A DNA stretch of 64,000 nt from an uncultured Gammaproteobacteria bacterium. GTDB taxonomy: Bacteria > Patescibacteriota > Patescibacteriia > Magasanikbacterales > UBA922. The position numbers and the translations under genes were made by a program. The stretch is from positions 22,280-86,279 of the forward strand of contig CAYFPJ010000003.1 in NCBI GenBank assembly GCA_964344965.1. Direction: 5' to 3'. The notes below the pieces were generated by a model, which made no database searches, had not been told where the DNA came from, and saw nothing but the letters and a program-made list of their open reading frames with translations. Within the stretch, counting starts at the first letter, position 1. Every line of letters begins with the position of its first letter. This document shows, piece by piece, positions 1 through 9,820 of this stretch.

Positions 1-2
1 TC

Positions 3-857
3 CAGACAGACGTGGCTGTCAACCTGGTCATCAATGGTAGTAAAGGTGACTTCTCCATTCAGCCTGGAGAAGTTATGAATACTAGTGTGATAGTCAAAAA
101 TTCTGGCAGTGAATCTCTCACAAATGCCAAACTTAGACTAATGTTTGATGCTCCATCTTACAATAATATCAATATGATGCGCTGGGCTGCTGTGGAAGAT
201 AGTTTTGATGGTAGCATAGTGGGAGAACAGCTTAGTCCTCAGCGTCGTCGAGGTGTGATCACTTGGAATTCATCTCATATTCCAGATTTGGCTCAAGTAG
301 ACCCTGATGAGGAGATCATTGTTGATGTTCATCTACCAATCAAAAATGGACAAGAAGTAGACCTGACTCAATATAGTGTTCATGACGTCGTTGTCGCTGC
401 TGATTTGCAATATGGAGATGATGAAAAAGAGACTGTCAGTTCCAATCCAATTAAACTTATCATCAATTCAGATACTGATTTTGAAGTACGTGATGATGTC
501 AGTAATAATTTTGCTGGCCAGACAGTACATACCATGACTTGGCTAGTGACCAATTCTTTCCATGAGTTAGAAGGTATTGAAGTAGCTACAGATTTGTATG
601 GTGATATTTTCTTTGATCCCGAGGAGGCTGTAGTCCCGGCCGGTAAGTTGGAATATTCTGAAGAGGATCAGCGATTGATCTGGAAGATAGATAAGATGCC
701 GACAAGTGTTGATGTCCTTGCGTTACAATTGCCAGTAGTCATCCAAGAAGACAATCCTTCTCAAACTCAGCTCACTTCCGTTATTTCATTCAAGGCACTT
801 GATACTATTACTGGTGAAGAGATTATTTTGGTGGGGGATAAGGTGTTGCTTGAATAA
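3..857 (+). CDS. hypothetical protein, 5'-truncated; the ORF is open to the window start, so this is the C-terminal part of a larger protein
   Basis: The reading frame has no stop back to position 3. A hairpin plus T-run terminator follows the stop. No recognisable motif. Confidence 0.5.
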   Translation, partial: QTDVAVNLVINGSKGDFSIQPGEVMNTSVIVKNSGSESLTNAKLRLMFDAPSYNNINMMRWAAVEDSFDGSIVGEQLSPQRRRGVITWNSSHIPDLAQVDPDEEIIVDVHLPIKNGQEVDLTQYSVHDVVVAADLQYGDDEKETVSSNPIKLIINSDTDFEVRDDVSNNFAGQTVHTMTWLVTNSFHELEGIEVATDLYGDIFFDPEEAVVPAGKLEYSEEDQRLIWKIDKMPTSVDVLALQLPVVIQEDNPSQTQLTSVISFKALDTITGEEIILVGDKVLLE

Positions 858-904
858 GCAAGATAAGCAGATTAGGCAGAGTAAGCAGAATAAGTTTTGA
901 ATAT

Positions 905-938
905 AAAAAAACTCTCGCTTTTGGTGAGAGTTTTTTAT
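905..938. terminator. bidirectional intrinsic terminator (A-run, hairpin CTCTCGC/GTGAGAG, T-run)
   Basis: aaaaaactctcgcttttggtgagagtttttt seen directly. It sits between the + strand ORF and the minus-strand tRNAs. Confidence 0.6.
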
Positions 939-950
939 TATATATAAAAG

Positions 951-1022
951 TGCCCCCGGCAGGAATCGAACCCACATCAACGGTTCCGAAGACCGTTGTG
1001 TTATCCATTACACCACAGGGGC
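951..1022 (-). tRNA. tRNA-Arg (anticodon TCG). Cloverleaf folded by hand: acceptor GCCCCTG/CGGGGGC, anticodon loop CTTCGGA, T-loop TTCGATT. CCA is not encoded.
   Basis: Manual fold of the reverse complement. U33 and purine-37 are present. Confidence 0.7.
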
Positions 1023-1098
1023 CTAAAAAGCACGAGACAAGAGACACATATCACACGAGAAATTTGTGTTTTGTGATACGTGACTCGTGTTTCGTGCT

Positions 1099-1174
1099 TT
1101 GGTGCGCCGTGGAGGGCTCGAACCTCCGACCGTTGGCTTAAGAGGCCACTGCTCTACCAGCTGAGCTAACGGCG
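1099..1174 (-). tRNA. tRNA-Lys (anticodon CTT), CCA encoded
   Basis: Manual fold: acceptor GCGCCGT/ACGGCGC, D-arm GCTC..GAGC, anticodon loop CTCTTAA, T-arm GGAGG TTCGAGC CCTCC, 3' ACCA. Confidence 0.8.
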
Positions 1175-1195
1175 CATGATTTGAACTATGAAAAT

Positions 1196-1309
1196 TAATC
1201 GTCATTGCGAGGAGCGACGAAGGAGCGACGTGGCAATCTCATCGTTTTTACTCAAGACCATGAGATTGCCACGTCGTTTCGCTGCGCTCCACTCCTCGCA
1301 ATGACGATT
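1196..1309. repeat. long imperfect palindrome (~115 bp) between rnc and tRNA-Lys
   Basis: The arms aatcgtcattgcgaggag...gcaatctcatc and gatgagattgc...ctcctcgcaatgacgatt are reverse complements with a diverged centre. Confidence 0.6.
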
Positions 1310-1324
1310 TAGTTTTGCTTACTT

Positions 1325-2065
1325 TCATCTCTCCAGTATCTCAATCTTCGGTCCTTTCCAGCCCTTTACTTTCAAAGCCGCTTCGGCAGCAGATACTTGA
1401 GCTTCTTGCTTGCTACCGCCTTTGCCCTGGGCCACCTCTTCTTTTCCTAGATATACTCCAATTACAAATTGCTTGTCATGGTCTGGACCATCTTCTGATA
1501 ATACTTTGTAAGTAGGGGTTACTCCTACCACTTCTTGGGCCGATTCTTGGAACCTAGATTTTGGATCCATCCATAGTCCTAGTTCTAGCACTTCTGGTAA
1601 TTTGGTGATGATCCATCTGGTGATAAATTGCTTGGCAATATCCCAGCCTTGATCTATGTAAATTGCGCCAATCAGAGCTTCGATAGCATTGGCTAGGATG
1701 TACTCTCTTGCTTTGCTGTTGGTGTCTTTTGACTCACCGTGACTCAAAAATAGATATTCATCCAACTCAATTTCGTTGGCAACCTGGGCACACATTTTTG
1801 CATTGACTAGAGCTGCTCGCCAGTTGGTTAGTTCACCCTCTGGATTTAAATATTGTTCAAACAAGAATTCAGTGACTACCAACTCCAAGACAGCATCTCC
1901 CAAAAATTCAAGACGTTCATTGTGGGCCAGAGAGAAATCTCTGTTTTCATTTAGAAAAGAGCGATGAACAAAAGCTTGGACTAGATGATTTTTATTTTCG
2001 AATTTTATACCCAATTTTTCTTCTAGTTTGGGGAAGTTTTTTTCTTCGTATTCTGGTATTGACAT
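1325..2065 (-). CDS. rnc: ribonuclease III
   Basis: RNase III signature ERLEFLGDAVLELVV, plus a C-terminal dsRBD-like region (GKGGSKQEAQVSAAEAAL). Confidence 0.9.
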   Translation of the reverse strand: MSIPEYEEKNFPKLEEKLGIKFENKNHLVQAFVHRSFLNENRDFSLAHNERLEFLGDAVLELVVTEFLFEQYLNPEGELTNWRAALVNAKMCAQVANEIELDEYLFLSHGESKDTNSKAREYILANAIEALIGAIYIDQGWDIAKQFITRWIITKLPEVLELGLWMDPKSRFQESAQEVVGVTPTYKVLSEDGPDHDKQFVIGVYLGKEEVAQGKGGSKQEAQVSAAEAALKVKGWKGPKIEILER

Positions 2066-2141
2066 AGCTTTTTATTTTGTCACCAGTCTGCATATTTCAG
2101 TAATCAAGATCAGACTAGAATACTGGAAGTTGGAGACTGAA

Positions 2142-2573
2142 TTAGTTACTTTCTTCTTTTTGTAAATCATTATATATCGAACCAAGGATGCCGTTGACAA
2201 ATTTACCAGATGATTGCCCGCCGTATGTCTTGGCCACCTCTATCGCTTCGTTAATAGCTACTTTTGCTGGAATTTGATCATTGAAGTTTAATTCGTAGAC
2301 TCCAATTCGCAAAATATTCCTATCTACGAGGGCCATCTGATCGAAAGGCCAATTTGGGGCGTATTTGGTAATTATTTTATCAATTTTTTTGATATTTTTT
2401 AGCACTTCGTCAACTGTATCGCGGATATATTTTTCTTCTTTTTCTAGACCGATACCAAATTCTGCCATGTTTTGGTCTACAATGGCTGGGATTGCTGCAG
2501 TGGGCTTATTTTTGAAATCCCATTGATACAACGTCTGCATGACAATTGATCTGGCCAGGTGTCTATTTGGCAT
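2142..2573 (-). CDS. nusB: transcription antitermination factor NusB
   Basis: N-terminal [14 protein letters not shown] motif typical of NusB. ~140 aa. Located immediately upstream of rnc. Confidence 0.75.
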   Translation of the reverse strand: MPNRHLARSIVMQTLYQWDFKNKPTAAIPAIVDQNMAEFGIGLEKEEKYIRDTVDEVLKNIKKIDKIITKYAPNWPFDQMALVDRNILRIGVYELNFNDQIPAKVAINEAIEVAKTYGGQSSGKFVNGILGSIYNDLQKEESN

Positions 2574-2576
2574 ATT

Positions 2577-2795
2577 CTAACTAAGTGGTTTGGTGTGGAT
2601 TGCACGTCTGGCCTTTCTTTTTTCAACATTTATTACCTTTCTTCCTTTGTACTCTCCACAGTGTGGGCAAGCTATGTGAGGGAGAATTACTTTTTTGCAG
2701 TTTGAACAAGAAGTTGTTCCTCTTTTTTTGAGAGCAAAGTGTGATGCTCGTTGTTTTTTTGAACTTTTGGTTCTTCTTTGTGATGGTAGACCCAT
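2577..2795 (-). CDS. rpmF: 50S ribosomal protein L32
   Basis: Basic N-terminus (SQRRTKSSKKQRASH) and CxxC...CPHCG zinc ribbon. ~70 aa. Confidence 0.75.
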   Translation of the reverse strand: MGLPSQRRTKSSKKQRASHFALKKRGTTSCSNCKKVILPHIACPHCGEYKGRKVINVEKRKARRAIHTKPLS

Positions 2796-2899
2796 ATATT
2801 TAGAATGTTACAATAATCAAATTTGTGTACTCCAAAGCTGTTGTTCTGGAAAACTGAAGCCAATTATAGCTTATTTTTGATAAAAAATCAAGAGCAGGG

Positions 2900-3949
2900 G
2901 TGTGTAAGACCTATATCGTTGCAAATTTCGCTGATTTTAGCTACAATATTGGCATGGAAGTCAAAAATTGCCAAAATAAAAATGATTGGGAAAAATCCCT
3001 CAATTCAGCTACTCATCACGAATTTTTGCAGTCTTGGGAGTGGGGGGAGTTCCAGAAATCTGCTGGCAAAGAGGTTTTGCGTCTTCAGGTCTGGGATGGT
3101 AGTGATGTCGTTGGTCAAATGCAGGGTTTTGTGCATAATCTTGGTTTGAGGATGAGGTATTTGTATGTACCTAGGATCAATGATCAGCGATCAACGATCA
3201 GCGATCAGGTTTTGAATTATATTAGAGATAAATTCATATTTGCTAGAATTGAACCGGCAGGGGAGTTTGAAGTTAGTGGTGAATTTAATTTTGAAAAAAT
3301 AAAATGTCGTCAGCCACAAAATACATTGATTCTTGATATTACAAAATCAGCAGAAGAATTGTTGGCTGATATGCACAGCAAGACTCGCTACAATATTCGT
3401 CTGGCTGAGAAAAAAGGAGTGGAGATTCGGAATGAAAAAAATATAGATGTCTTTTGGAAACTAAATCAAGAAACTACTGACAGGAATAAATTCAAAAGTC
3501 ATGATAAGAAATATTATGCTAAAATGCTCGAGATGGATATTGCTTATCAGCTGACTGCATATTATGAAGACACTGCAATAGCATCTTACATTTTGATAAA
3601 ACATGGCGATACACTGATTTACTTGCATGGCACTTCATCAAGCCAACATCGTAATGTCATGGCTCCATATCTGTTGCAGTGGGAAGCGATAAAATTTGGT
3701 CAAGAACAAAAATGTAAATATTATGATTTTTGGGGGATTGCCAAGACCGTTTCAGAATCTGGAGAAGGAGTAAAATGTTTTAACAATTTTTGTTGGCAAG
3801 AAGACCACCGATTGGCGGGAGTGACGAGATTTAAAGTTGGGTTTGGTGGAAAAGTGAAGTCATATCCAGATGCAGTGGACGTTATATTTGGCAAGACAAG
3901 GTTTATGGTTTATCAGAGTTTGAGGAAAGTAAGAAAAATTTTTACATAA
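2900..3949 (+). CDS. FemAB-family peptidoglycan bridge aminoacyltransferase (putative); an alternative start at 2954 (MEVKN) is possible
   Basis: Size (~330-350 aa) and motifs (FLQSWEWGEF, YYDFWGI) resemble FemX/FemAB GNAT-fold transferases. Recognised from memory, not searched. Confidence 0.4.
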   Translation: MCKTYIVANFADFSYNIGMEVKNCQNKNDWEKSLNSATHHEFLQSWEWGEFQKSAGKEVLRLQVWDGSDVVGQMQGFVHNLGLRMRYLYVPRINDQRSTISDQVLNYIRDKFIFARIEPAGEFEVSGEFNFEKIKCRQPQNTLILDITKSAEELLADMHSKTRYNIRLAEKKGVEIRNEKNIDVFWKLNQETTDRNKFKSHDKKYYAKMLEMDIAYQLTAYYEDTAIASYILIKHGDTLIYLHGTSSSQHRNVMAPYLLQWEAIKFGQEQKCKYYDFWGIAKTVSESGEGVKCFNNFCWQEDHRLAGVTRFKVGFGGKVKSYPDAVDVIFGKTRFMVYQSLRKVRKIFT

Positions 3950-4042
3950 CACGTAACATAGAACATGAAACACATACAATTATTCTTTGTTTCATGTTCC
4001 ATGATCTATGTTCTATGTTATATGTTATATGGTACATGATCT

Positions 4043-4621
4043 ATGAAAAAATCCTGGAGCCACAAATTATTTCTCAAAATTAACAAGCAAGTTGGTTGTA
4101 GACCTTGGCTAGACAGGCTGATGTTTTTTTGTGCTCAGTGGTTGATATATGTTTTGGTGGTCGTCGTGCTATTGTGGGGATTTTTTATATTACCTGACAT
4201 GTCTTCGAGCCTCCTTTATCAGTTTGTTGGGCTGCTTCTGACAGCAATAATTTTTGCAGAGATAGGTAGTTATATTACCGCTCTGTTGTGGAGACATCCT
4301 CGTCCGATAATCGAACTTCCAGATATAAAATTACTTTTGCCGACTGTGCAGACTTGGAAATCTTTCCCATCAGATCACACCATTATTTCTTTCACTATTG
4401 CTCTGGTGGTTGGGGGATTTGTGGGCTTTAATCTCTTTTTCATCTTTTTATTCTTGTCTGCATCTCTAGTTGCTGTTGCCAGGATTTATGTGGGAGTGCA
4501 CTATCCACGTGATATATTAGGTGGGATTGTCTTTGCTGTTGTTTTTTCTCATCTTGCTCCAATTTTTTTAGAAAATATTACTCAACCGATTTTTAGTTTG
4601 GTAAAACAATTATTTTTATGA
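4043..4621 (+). CDS. PAP2-family phosphatase (undecaprenyl-pyrophosphate phosphatase-like), polytopic membrane protein
   Basis: PAP2 motifs PSDH(T) and ...ARIYVGVHYPRDILGG (SRxxxxxHxxxD-like). Multiple TM segments. Confidence 0.7.
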   Translation: MKKSWSHKLFLKINKQVGCRPWLDRLMFFCAQWLIYVLVVVVLLWGFFILPDMSSSLLYQFVGLLLTAIIFAEIGSYITALLWRHPRPIIELPDIKLLLPTVQTWKSFPSDHTIISFTIALVVGGFVGFNLFFIFLFLSASLVAVARIYVGVHYPRDILGGIVFAVVFSHLAPIFLENITQPIFSLVKQLFL

Positions 4622-5310
4622 ATTTAGTGATACTTTGTGGCGGACTATCCACCAGATTAGGAAAAATAACAAAAGATATACCGAAGATTCTTTTGCCGAT
4701 TGCTGGGCAGACTGTTTTGGATTGGCAGTTGAAGATGTTTGCAGATTTGGACATAGAAGAAGTTGTGTTTGCCGCCGGTCACTTGTCTCATGTGCTGGAA
4801 GAGCATATTGGTGACGAGTATACAGGATACAAAATAAAATACGTAGTCGAGGACAAAAAATTGGGGACAGGTGGGGCTATCAAAAATGCACTCAAATTTG
4901 TAAAACGTCCTAGTGAGCCGACTATCATTTTCAATGGTGATGTTTTGACAACAGCAGACTTGTCAGATATGGTTGATAAGTTGCCAGAGGATAGTGACGG
5001 TATTATTTTAGCTTCTCGTGTCGAAGATGCTTCTACCTACGGTACTCTTATATACGATGAAAAATTCCACTTGAAAAGTTTTCAAGAAAAAAATCCGGAA
5101 CAAGTTCCAGGATATATCAATGGTGGGATTTACATTTTTAATCCTCAGATAAAAAAATATTTTCCAGATAGTGACGTCTTCAGTATAGAACATGATGTAT
5201 TCCCAAATGTAGAAAATTTGTATGTCTACCAGGCCGACTCTCTTTGGATAGATGTAGGAGTGCCAGAGAGGTTGGAATGGGCGAGGGAGAATTGGAATAA
5301 AGATTTATAA
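4618..5310 (+). CDS. sugar-phosphate nucleotidyltransferase (NTP-transferase family)
   Basis: N-terminal LCGGLSTRL (GxGxR signature). Overlaps the upstream stop (ATGA), consistent with translational coupling. Confidence 0.7.
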   Translation: MNLVILCGGLSTRLGKITKDIPKILLPIAGQTVLDWQLKMFADLDIEEVVFAAGHLSHVLEEHIGDEYTGYKIKYVVEDKKLGTGGAIKNALKFVKRPSEPTIIFNGDVLTTADLSDMVDKLPEDSDGIILASRVEDASTYGTLIYDEKFHLKSFQEKNPEQVPGYINGGIYIFNPQIKKYFPDSDVFSIEHDVFPNVENLYVYQADSLWIDVGVPERLEWARENWNKDL

Positions 5311-5313
5311 ATT

Positions 5314-6360
5314 ATGAAGCAAAAAAAACCAACAAAAATAATTATATCCATTTTGATTTTTTGTATTGTCATTGGAGTTTGGTTTGTCTATACAGAACTG
5401 TACACAGCTGAAGCTCAGCGTGTTGAGAAAGTAAATTTTCAAATCAATCCAGGTGAGTCGGTCAGTATCTTGGCCGAGCGACTAGAAGAACAAGTGATAC
5501 GTAATGCATGGCTATTCAAAAAATATATTGTTTTCAAAGGAATCGATCGAGAGATCAGGCAAGGTAATTTCGAGGTCACTTCTCCAATCACTTTGTCTCG
5601 TGTGGTACAGTCTCTTGCCAATCCTAGTGTTAGCGAACAGACCATCACTATTTTACCTGGTTGGAGTTTGCGAGAAATTGCTGAGTATTTTGAAGAAGAA
5701 GGTGTTGTCAGTTCCACAGATTTTGATCTGGTAGTTGGTAAGCCAGCCTATAATTATAAAGTGTCAAAAGATAAAATGGTGGATCTAGAACTTGATCATA
5801 AAGTCGTCGAAGATAAGCCCTGGTATGTGAGCTATGAAGGATACCTGGCGCCAGATACTTACCGTATTTTTAAGAATGCTTCAGTAGAAGATATCTTAAA
5901 TAAGCTTGTTGGTCACCTGGACAGTCAATTTACTGAAGAAATGTATAGGGACATTGAAAAGTCTGGCCGAACAGTTTTCGAGGTGATTACTATGGCCAGT
6001 GTGGTGGAGAGAGAGGTAAGATCAAAAGAAGACAAAGCAAGGGTGGCAGATATTTTTTGGCGTCGCTATGATCTGAACTGGGCCCTTCAGGCTGATTCCA
6101 CTGTTCATTATGCTGTTGGTACCAGTGGAGATGTGTTTACAACCCAAGCTGATAGGGAATCCTTGTCTCCATGGAATACTTACAAATATCCAGGCTTGCC
6201 TCAAGGTCCTATCTCTAGTCCAAGCCTCGAAACCATAAAAGCGACTATCTATCCTGAAGCAAACAAAGATTGGTATTTCCTCACTGATCTTGAGGGTGAG
6301 GTGCATTATGCCAAGACTTTGGAAGGGCATAATTTGAATGTGCAGAAGTATTTGCGGTGA
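5314..6360 (+). CDS. mltG: endolytic murein transglycosylase MltG/YceG family
   Basis: N-terminal TM helix. ~340 aa. Conserved ...MASVVEREV... block typical of YceG-like proteins. Confidence 0.65.
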   Translation: MKQKKPTKIIISILIFCIVIGVWFVYTELYTAEAQRVEKVNFQINPGESVSILAERLEEQVIRNAWLFKKYIVFKGIDREIRQGNFEVTSPITLSRVVQSLANPSVSEQTITILPGWSLREIAEYFEEEGVVSSTDFDLVVGKPAYNYKVSKDKMVDLELDHKVVEDKPWYVSYEGYLAPDTYRIFKNASVEDILNKLVGHLDSQFTEEMYRDIEKSGRTVFEVITMASVVEREVRSKEDKARVADIFWRRYDLNWALQADSTVHYAVGTSGDVFTTQADRESLSPWNTYKYPGLPQGPISSPSLETIKATIYPEANKDWYFLTDLEGEVHYAKTLEGHNLNVQKYLR

Positions 6361-6384
6361 GAGTTAGTTTTTTAAGGGGGTGCT

Positions 6385-6759
6385 ATGGCAAATGTTACAA
6401 AACAATTGATCATTGATCGTTCCAGATATCTTAGAAAAAATCAGACTAGAGCAGAGAAGAAATTTTGGCGGTATGTTCGAAAGAAACAACTAGCTGGTTT
6501 AAAATTTTTGAGACAACACCCACTCTTACTAGATGTGAGTGGTAAGAAAATATTTTTTATAGCTGATTTTTATTGTGATGAATATAAATTGATAGTTGAG
6601 ATAGATGGTGGTATCCACGAACTACAAAAAGATTATGATGAGAGGAGAACTCTTGTTTTAGATGAAACCGGGTTTAGAATAATTAGATTTAGTAATAAAG
6701 AAATTTTTGGTGATATCGATAGAGTGTTAGAAAAAATTAAAAAATTTATTGAATTATAG
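6385..6759 (+). CDS. DUF559 endonuclease-domain protein (Vsr-like fold)
   Basis: ~120 aa. Motifs RAEKKFWRYVRK, ADFYCDEYKLIVEIDGGIH and RRTLVLDETGFRIIRF are typical of the DUF559 family. Confidence 0.6.
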   Translation: MANVTKQLIIDRSRYLRKNQTRAEKKFWRYVRKKQLAGLKFLRQHPLLLDVSGKKIFFIADFYCDEYKLIVEIDGGIHELQKDYDERRTLVLDETGFRIIRFSNKEIFGDIDRVLEKIKKFIEL

Positions 6760-6779
6760 TTGGTTTTATGCGAGTACGA

Positions 6780-6899
6780 CGCAACCCACCCTCTGTCTCC
6801 CTCCCTTAAAAAGGGAGGGAGGACGAGATAAGTAGTCTGTACTATTTAGTACGTTCCTCCTCCCTTCAAAAAGGGAGGAGGACAGGAGGTGGGTTGCGT
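6780..6899. repeat. composite palindromic element, family B copy 1 (outer stem cgcaacccacc/ggtgggttgcg enclosing two CCTCCC...GGGAGG hairpins)
   Basis: Seen directly. Its reverse complement is near-identical to 36580-36696. Confidence 0.7.
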
Positions 6900-6920
6900 T
6901 GTTTCCACTACTAAAGTTTT

Positions 6921-7988
6921 ATGAAAACAAAAGACTTCAACTACAACTTACCACAAGAACTAATCGCTCAAAAATCAGCAGAGCCGCGTGATAGCTCGCG
7001 TCTTATGGTGGTGAATAAGAAAAATAAAAAAATAGAGCACAAAGTTTTTACAGATATTGTTGATTATTTTAAAGCAGGAGATCTATTGATTTGGAATAAT
7101 TCTAAAGTTTTCAAAGCTCGTTTGTTTGGTAGATTACTTTCGGCAGAAGGACAAGAACTTCGTGGTCATGATGACCCGGTTGAGATTTTTCTTGTTCGTC
7201 CGATGGAAAACATAGGTGTGTGGAAAGTACTTGCTAGGCCTGGGAAACATGTTCGTGTGGGTACAAAAATAGAGTTTGCAGAAGATTTTTATTGCGAAGC
7301 AATCATCAAAGAGCGAGATGGTACGATTCTTGTCCAATTTCCAGATGGTCAAGACATGGTTCGAGAGAAAGCAAATAAGTATGGGCATATCCCGATTCCA
7401 CCTTATGTAAAAGATGAGCCACATGAGTTGGAAATATATCAGACTACGTATTCCAATGATGATAAAGAGGGTTCAGTGGCAGCCCCTACTGCTGGTTTTC
7501 ATTTCACTCCAGAGCTAATTGAAAAATTGAAAAAGAAAGGAGTGGAATTTGCAGAAGTCACTCTGCATGTGGGGCTTGGGACTTTTTTGCCTATAAAATC
7601 AGAGCGAGTAGAAGATCACACTATGCATAGCGAGTGGGTGGAGGTGAGTGAAGAGACTGCAGAGAAAATAAATCTTGCTAAATCAGAAGGACGTCGAGTT
7701 GTGGCTGTTGGTACTACTAGTGTCAGAACACTGGAAGGAGTCGCTATGTTTGGAGATCACAATAAGGTGAGTGGGTATACCGGCGATATAGATATCTTCA
7801 TCAAACCTGGGTTTGAGTTTCAGATTGTTGACGCTATGATCACCAATTTTCATTTACCTAAGTCGACACTTCTCATGTTGGTTTCAGCTTTTGCCGGTGA
7901 TCGGGAATTTATGCTTGGGTGTTATAAAAATGCTGTAGAAGAGAAGTATCGTTTTTATAGTTTTGGGGATGGGATGATTATTCATTAG
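6921..7988 (+). CDS. queA: S-adenosylmethionine:tRNA ribosyltransferase-isomerase
   Basis: N-terminus FNYNLPQELIAQKSAEPRDSSRLMVV is typical of QueA. ~350 aa. Confidence 0.85.
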   Translation: MKTKDFNYNLPQELIAQKSAEPRDSSRLMVVNKKNKKIEHKVFTDIVDYFKAGDLLIWNNSKVFKARLFGRLLSAEGQELRGHDDPVEIFLVRPMENIGVWKVLARPGKHVRVGTKIEFAEDFYCEAIIKERDGTILVQFPDGQDMVREKANKYGHIPIPPYVKDEPHELEIYQTTYSNDDKEGSVAAPTAGFHFTPELIEKLKKKGVEFAEVTLHVGLGTFLPIKSERVEDHTMHSEWVEVSEETAEKINLAKSEGRRVVAVGTTSVRTLEGVAMFGDHNKVSGYTGDIDIFIKPGFEFQIVDAMITNFHLPKSTLLMLVSAFAGDREFMLGCYKNAVEEKYRFYSFGDGMIIH

Positions 7989-8033
7989 GTGTTTAGGCTC
8001 TAGGTTATTAAACTTTACTACAAAGAATAATTT

Positions 8034-8621
8034 ATGAAAAATAAAAAGCCGTTGTTAATTGTAGTTGATTACCAAAACGATTTTGTCGACCAAAGAAGTA
8101 AGATTGCAAAAAAATTAGGAATTGACTTGAGCGCATGTAGAAAAATATTTCCTGTAATACAAAAGTTAATTGAAAAATGGCATATAGATAAACATCCTGT
8201 TTTATTTTTACTAAATGACTACAGTAGTAATAATTACAAAGGAGAATATAAAAAACACAGATCAAAAACTGCTTATGGCGATACTGCTATCGAAGGAACA
8301 TGGGGGCATGAATTGTACAATATTAAAATGAGTAAAAATGATAAGTCTATTGTAAAAAATTTTCCAAACGGATTTGCAAATACAGATCTTGAAGAAGTTA
8401 TAAAAAAAATAAAACCAACATCTATATATTTTGTTGGCGTAAATACTGATGTATGTGTCTTTCATACCGCTTTTCATGCTTCCTTTTTAGGTTATAAAAT
8501 ATTTGTAGTAGAAGATGGTACCGCAACATCAAATAACAAAATGAAAAATATATTTTTGGATTATTTACATGACATTGCAGGAGTACATATTATAAAAAGC
8601 AAACTCATTCTTAAAAAATAA
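8034..8621 (+). CDS. isochorismatase-family cysteine hydrolase (nicotinamidase-like)
   Basis: LLIVVDYQNDF motif and ~190 aa size. Confidence 0.55.
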   Translation: MKNKKPLLIVVDYQNDFVDQRSKIAKKLGIDLSACRKIFPVIQKLIEKWHIDKHPVLFLLNDYSSNNYKGEYKKHRSKTAYGDTAIEGTWGHELYNIKMSKNDKSIVKNFPNGFANTDLEEVIKKIKPTSIYFVGVNTDVCVFHTAFHASFLGYKIFVVEDGTATSNNKMKNIFLDYLHDIAGVHIIKSKLILKK

Positions 8622-8626
8622 TTTTT

Positions 8627-9433
8627 ATGGCACGAGAAGATGTAAGAATTCTGTATGCTTCTGAGGCTGCAGACCAGTGGGGCCCAAAAACAATGGAGCA
8701 TGCTTCTGGAATTTGGGGGCGTGATCCAATGCTTAAATATTTGAGAGATGATATTATACAAGAAGGTGACAGAGTCGTAGATTTTGGCTGCGGTCAAGGA
8801 TACCCAACAATGCGGGTTGCAGAAATGGTTGGAGATTCTGGTAGGATTGTTGGTGTTGACTATAGTAGAAGTCAATTGGGCTTAGGTGATGAACAGTCCC
8901 CACTTCACGAAAGATATGGTTCGCCAGATAATGTTGAATTTAGACAAGGTGATGTGAAAAGAGCCCCACTTACTTCCGACTCTATGGATAAAGGTGTTTC
9001 TTTTATGGTCCTCCATAATTTAGAAATATCTGAAGTCAGGCTAGTATTCAAAGAAATGGCAAGAGTTCTAAAAGATGGAGGAAAAGCGGTATTTTTAACA
9101 ATGCATCCGGAAGTGCTTGATTCTGAGCCTTGGGATTTAGATTTTTGGAAATATGACGATGAGGATATAGAGACATACAGAGCCGCGGATGATAAAGAAG
9201 GTGTAAAAGTAAGAGGTACTGTTCAAAATGTATCTGGTGGAGAAAAAAAAGTAACCATGTATAACCACACACGTCAAAATATTATGGAAGCAATACAAGA
9301 TGCCCAACTTAATTTAATTTCGGAGATACCTCTTTTTGTTGATGAAAAAACCGCGAAAGAAAAGTTTGGTTCAGAGTCAACAAAAAAAGTTCCAAATAAA
9401 CCAGTTTTTTGGATGATTACTGTCGAGAAATAA
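8627..9433 (+). CDS. class I SAM-dependent methyltransferase
   Basis: Motif I VVDFGCGQGYPT. Confidence 0.65.
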   Translation: MAREDVRILYASEAADQWGPKTMEHASGIWGRDPMLKYLRDDIIQEGDRVVDFGCGQGYPTMRVAEMVGDSGRIVGVDYSRSQLGLGDEQSPLHERYGSPDNVEFRQGDVKRAPLTSDSMDKGVSFMVLHNLEISEVRLVFKEMARVLKDGGKAVFLTMHPEVLDSEPWDLDFWKYDDEDIETYRAADDKEGVKVRGTVQNVSGGEKKVTMYNHTRQNIMEAIQDAQLNLISEIPLFVDEKTAKEKFGSESTKKVPNKPVFWMITVEK

Positions 9434-9457
9434 ATTTTTGTCTAGTGTCTAAATATA

Positions 9458-9532
9458 AAAAAACACCACCCTTCCTCCTAATTTGCATTCAAATATCTTT
9501 GGATGCAAATCTGTGAGTGGGTGGTGTTTTTC
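9458..9532. terminator. long nested hairpin (acaccaccc...gggtggtgt with an inner ttgcat...atgcaa) followed by a T-run; terminator for the methyltransferase gene
   Basis: Inverted repeats seen directly. Confidence 0.45.
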
Positions 9533-9580
9533 CCCTCTTCCCACCACCCGAGTCTGGCTCGGGGGTGGTTGGGGGGGGTT

Positions 9581-9736
9581 TTATTTTTTTCGACACCTCC
9601 TTTTGTCGTACCACACAGCGTAACGGAGTTGGGCGTACCTGACGCCCTCCTCCGCCACGAACAGGACGAGGCCGACAGCCGTTATGGCTGCGGCCACGGA
9701 GAAAGCTGCTGCCTTCTTCGCGACGCTATCGCTCAT
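9581..9736 (-). CDS. GC-rich mini-gene encoding a 51-aa single-TM peptide (MSDSVAKKAAAFSVAAAITAVGLVLFVAEEGVRYAQLRYAVWYDKRRCRKK); the ORF track omitted it because it is under 60 aa
   Basis: Translated by hand. Strong SD (AGGAAGAGGA) 6 nt upstream, a candidate -35/-10 upstream, and a GC hairpin plus T-run downstream. Local GC is far above the genome background. Confidence 0.3.
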   Translation of the reverse strand: MSDSVAKKAAAFSVAAAITAVGLVLFVAEEGVRYAQLRYAVWYDKRRCRKK

Positions 9737-9820
9737 TCCTCTTCCTGGGCTGGTTGGTTCGCTGACTTCGTGCCAGCGACATTGGTGCAGTATATCATTT
9801 GTGCATTTTTTTCAACAGTA

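Noticed and set aside
786-1205. Short ORFs overlapping the tRNA genes and terminator (786-980, 823-1047, 950-1141, 1023-1205)
   Set aside because: They overlap well-folded tRNAs and a terminator. They are artefacts of six-frame translation.
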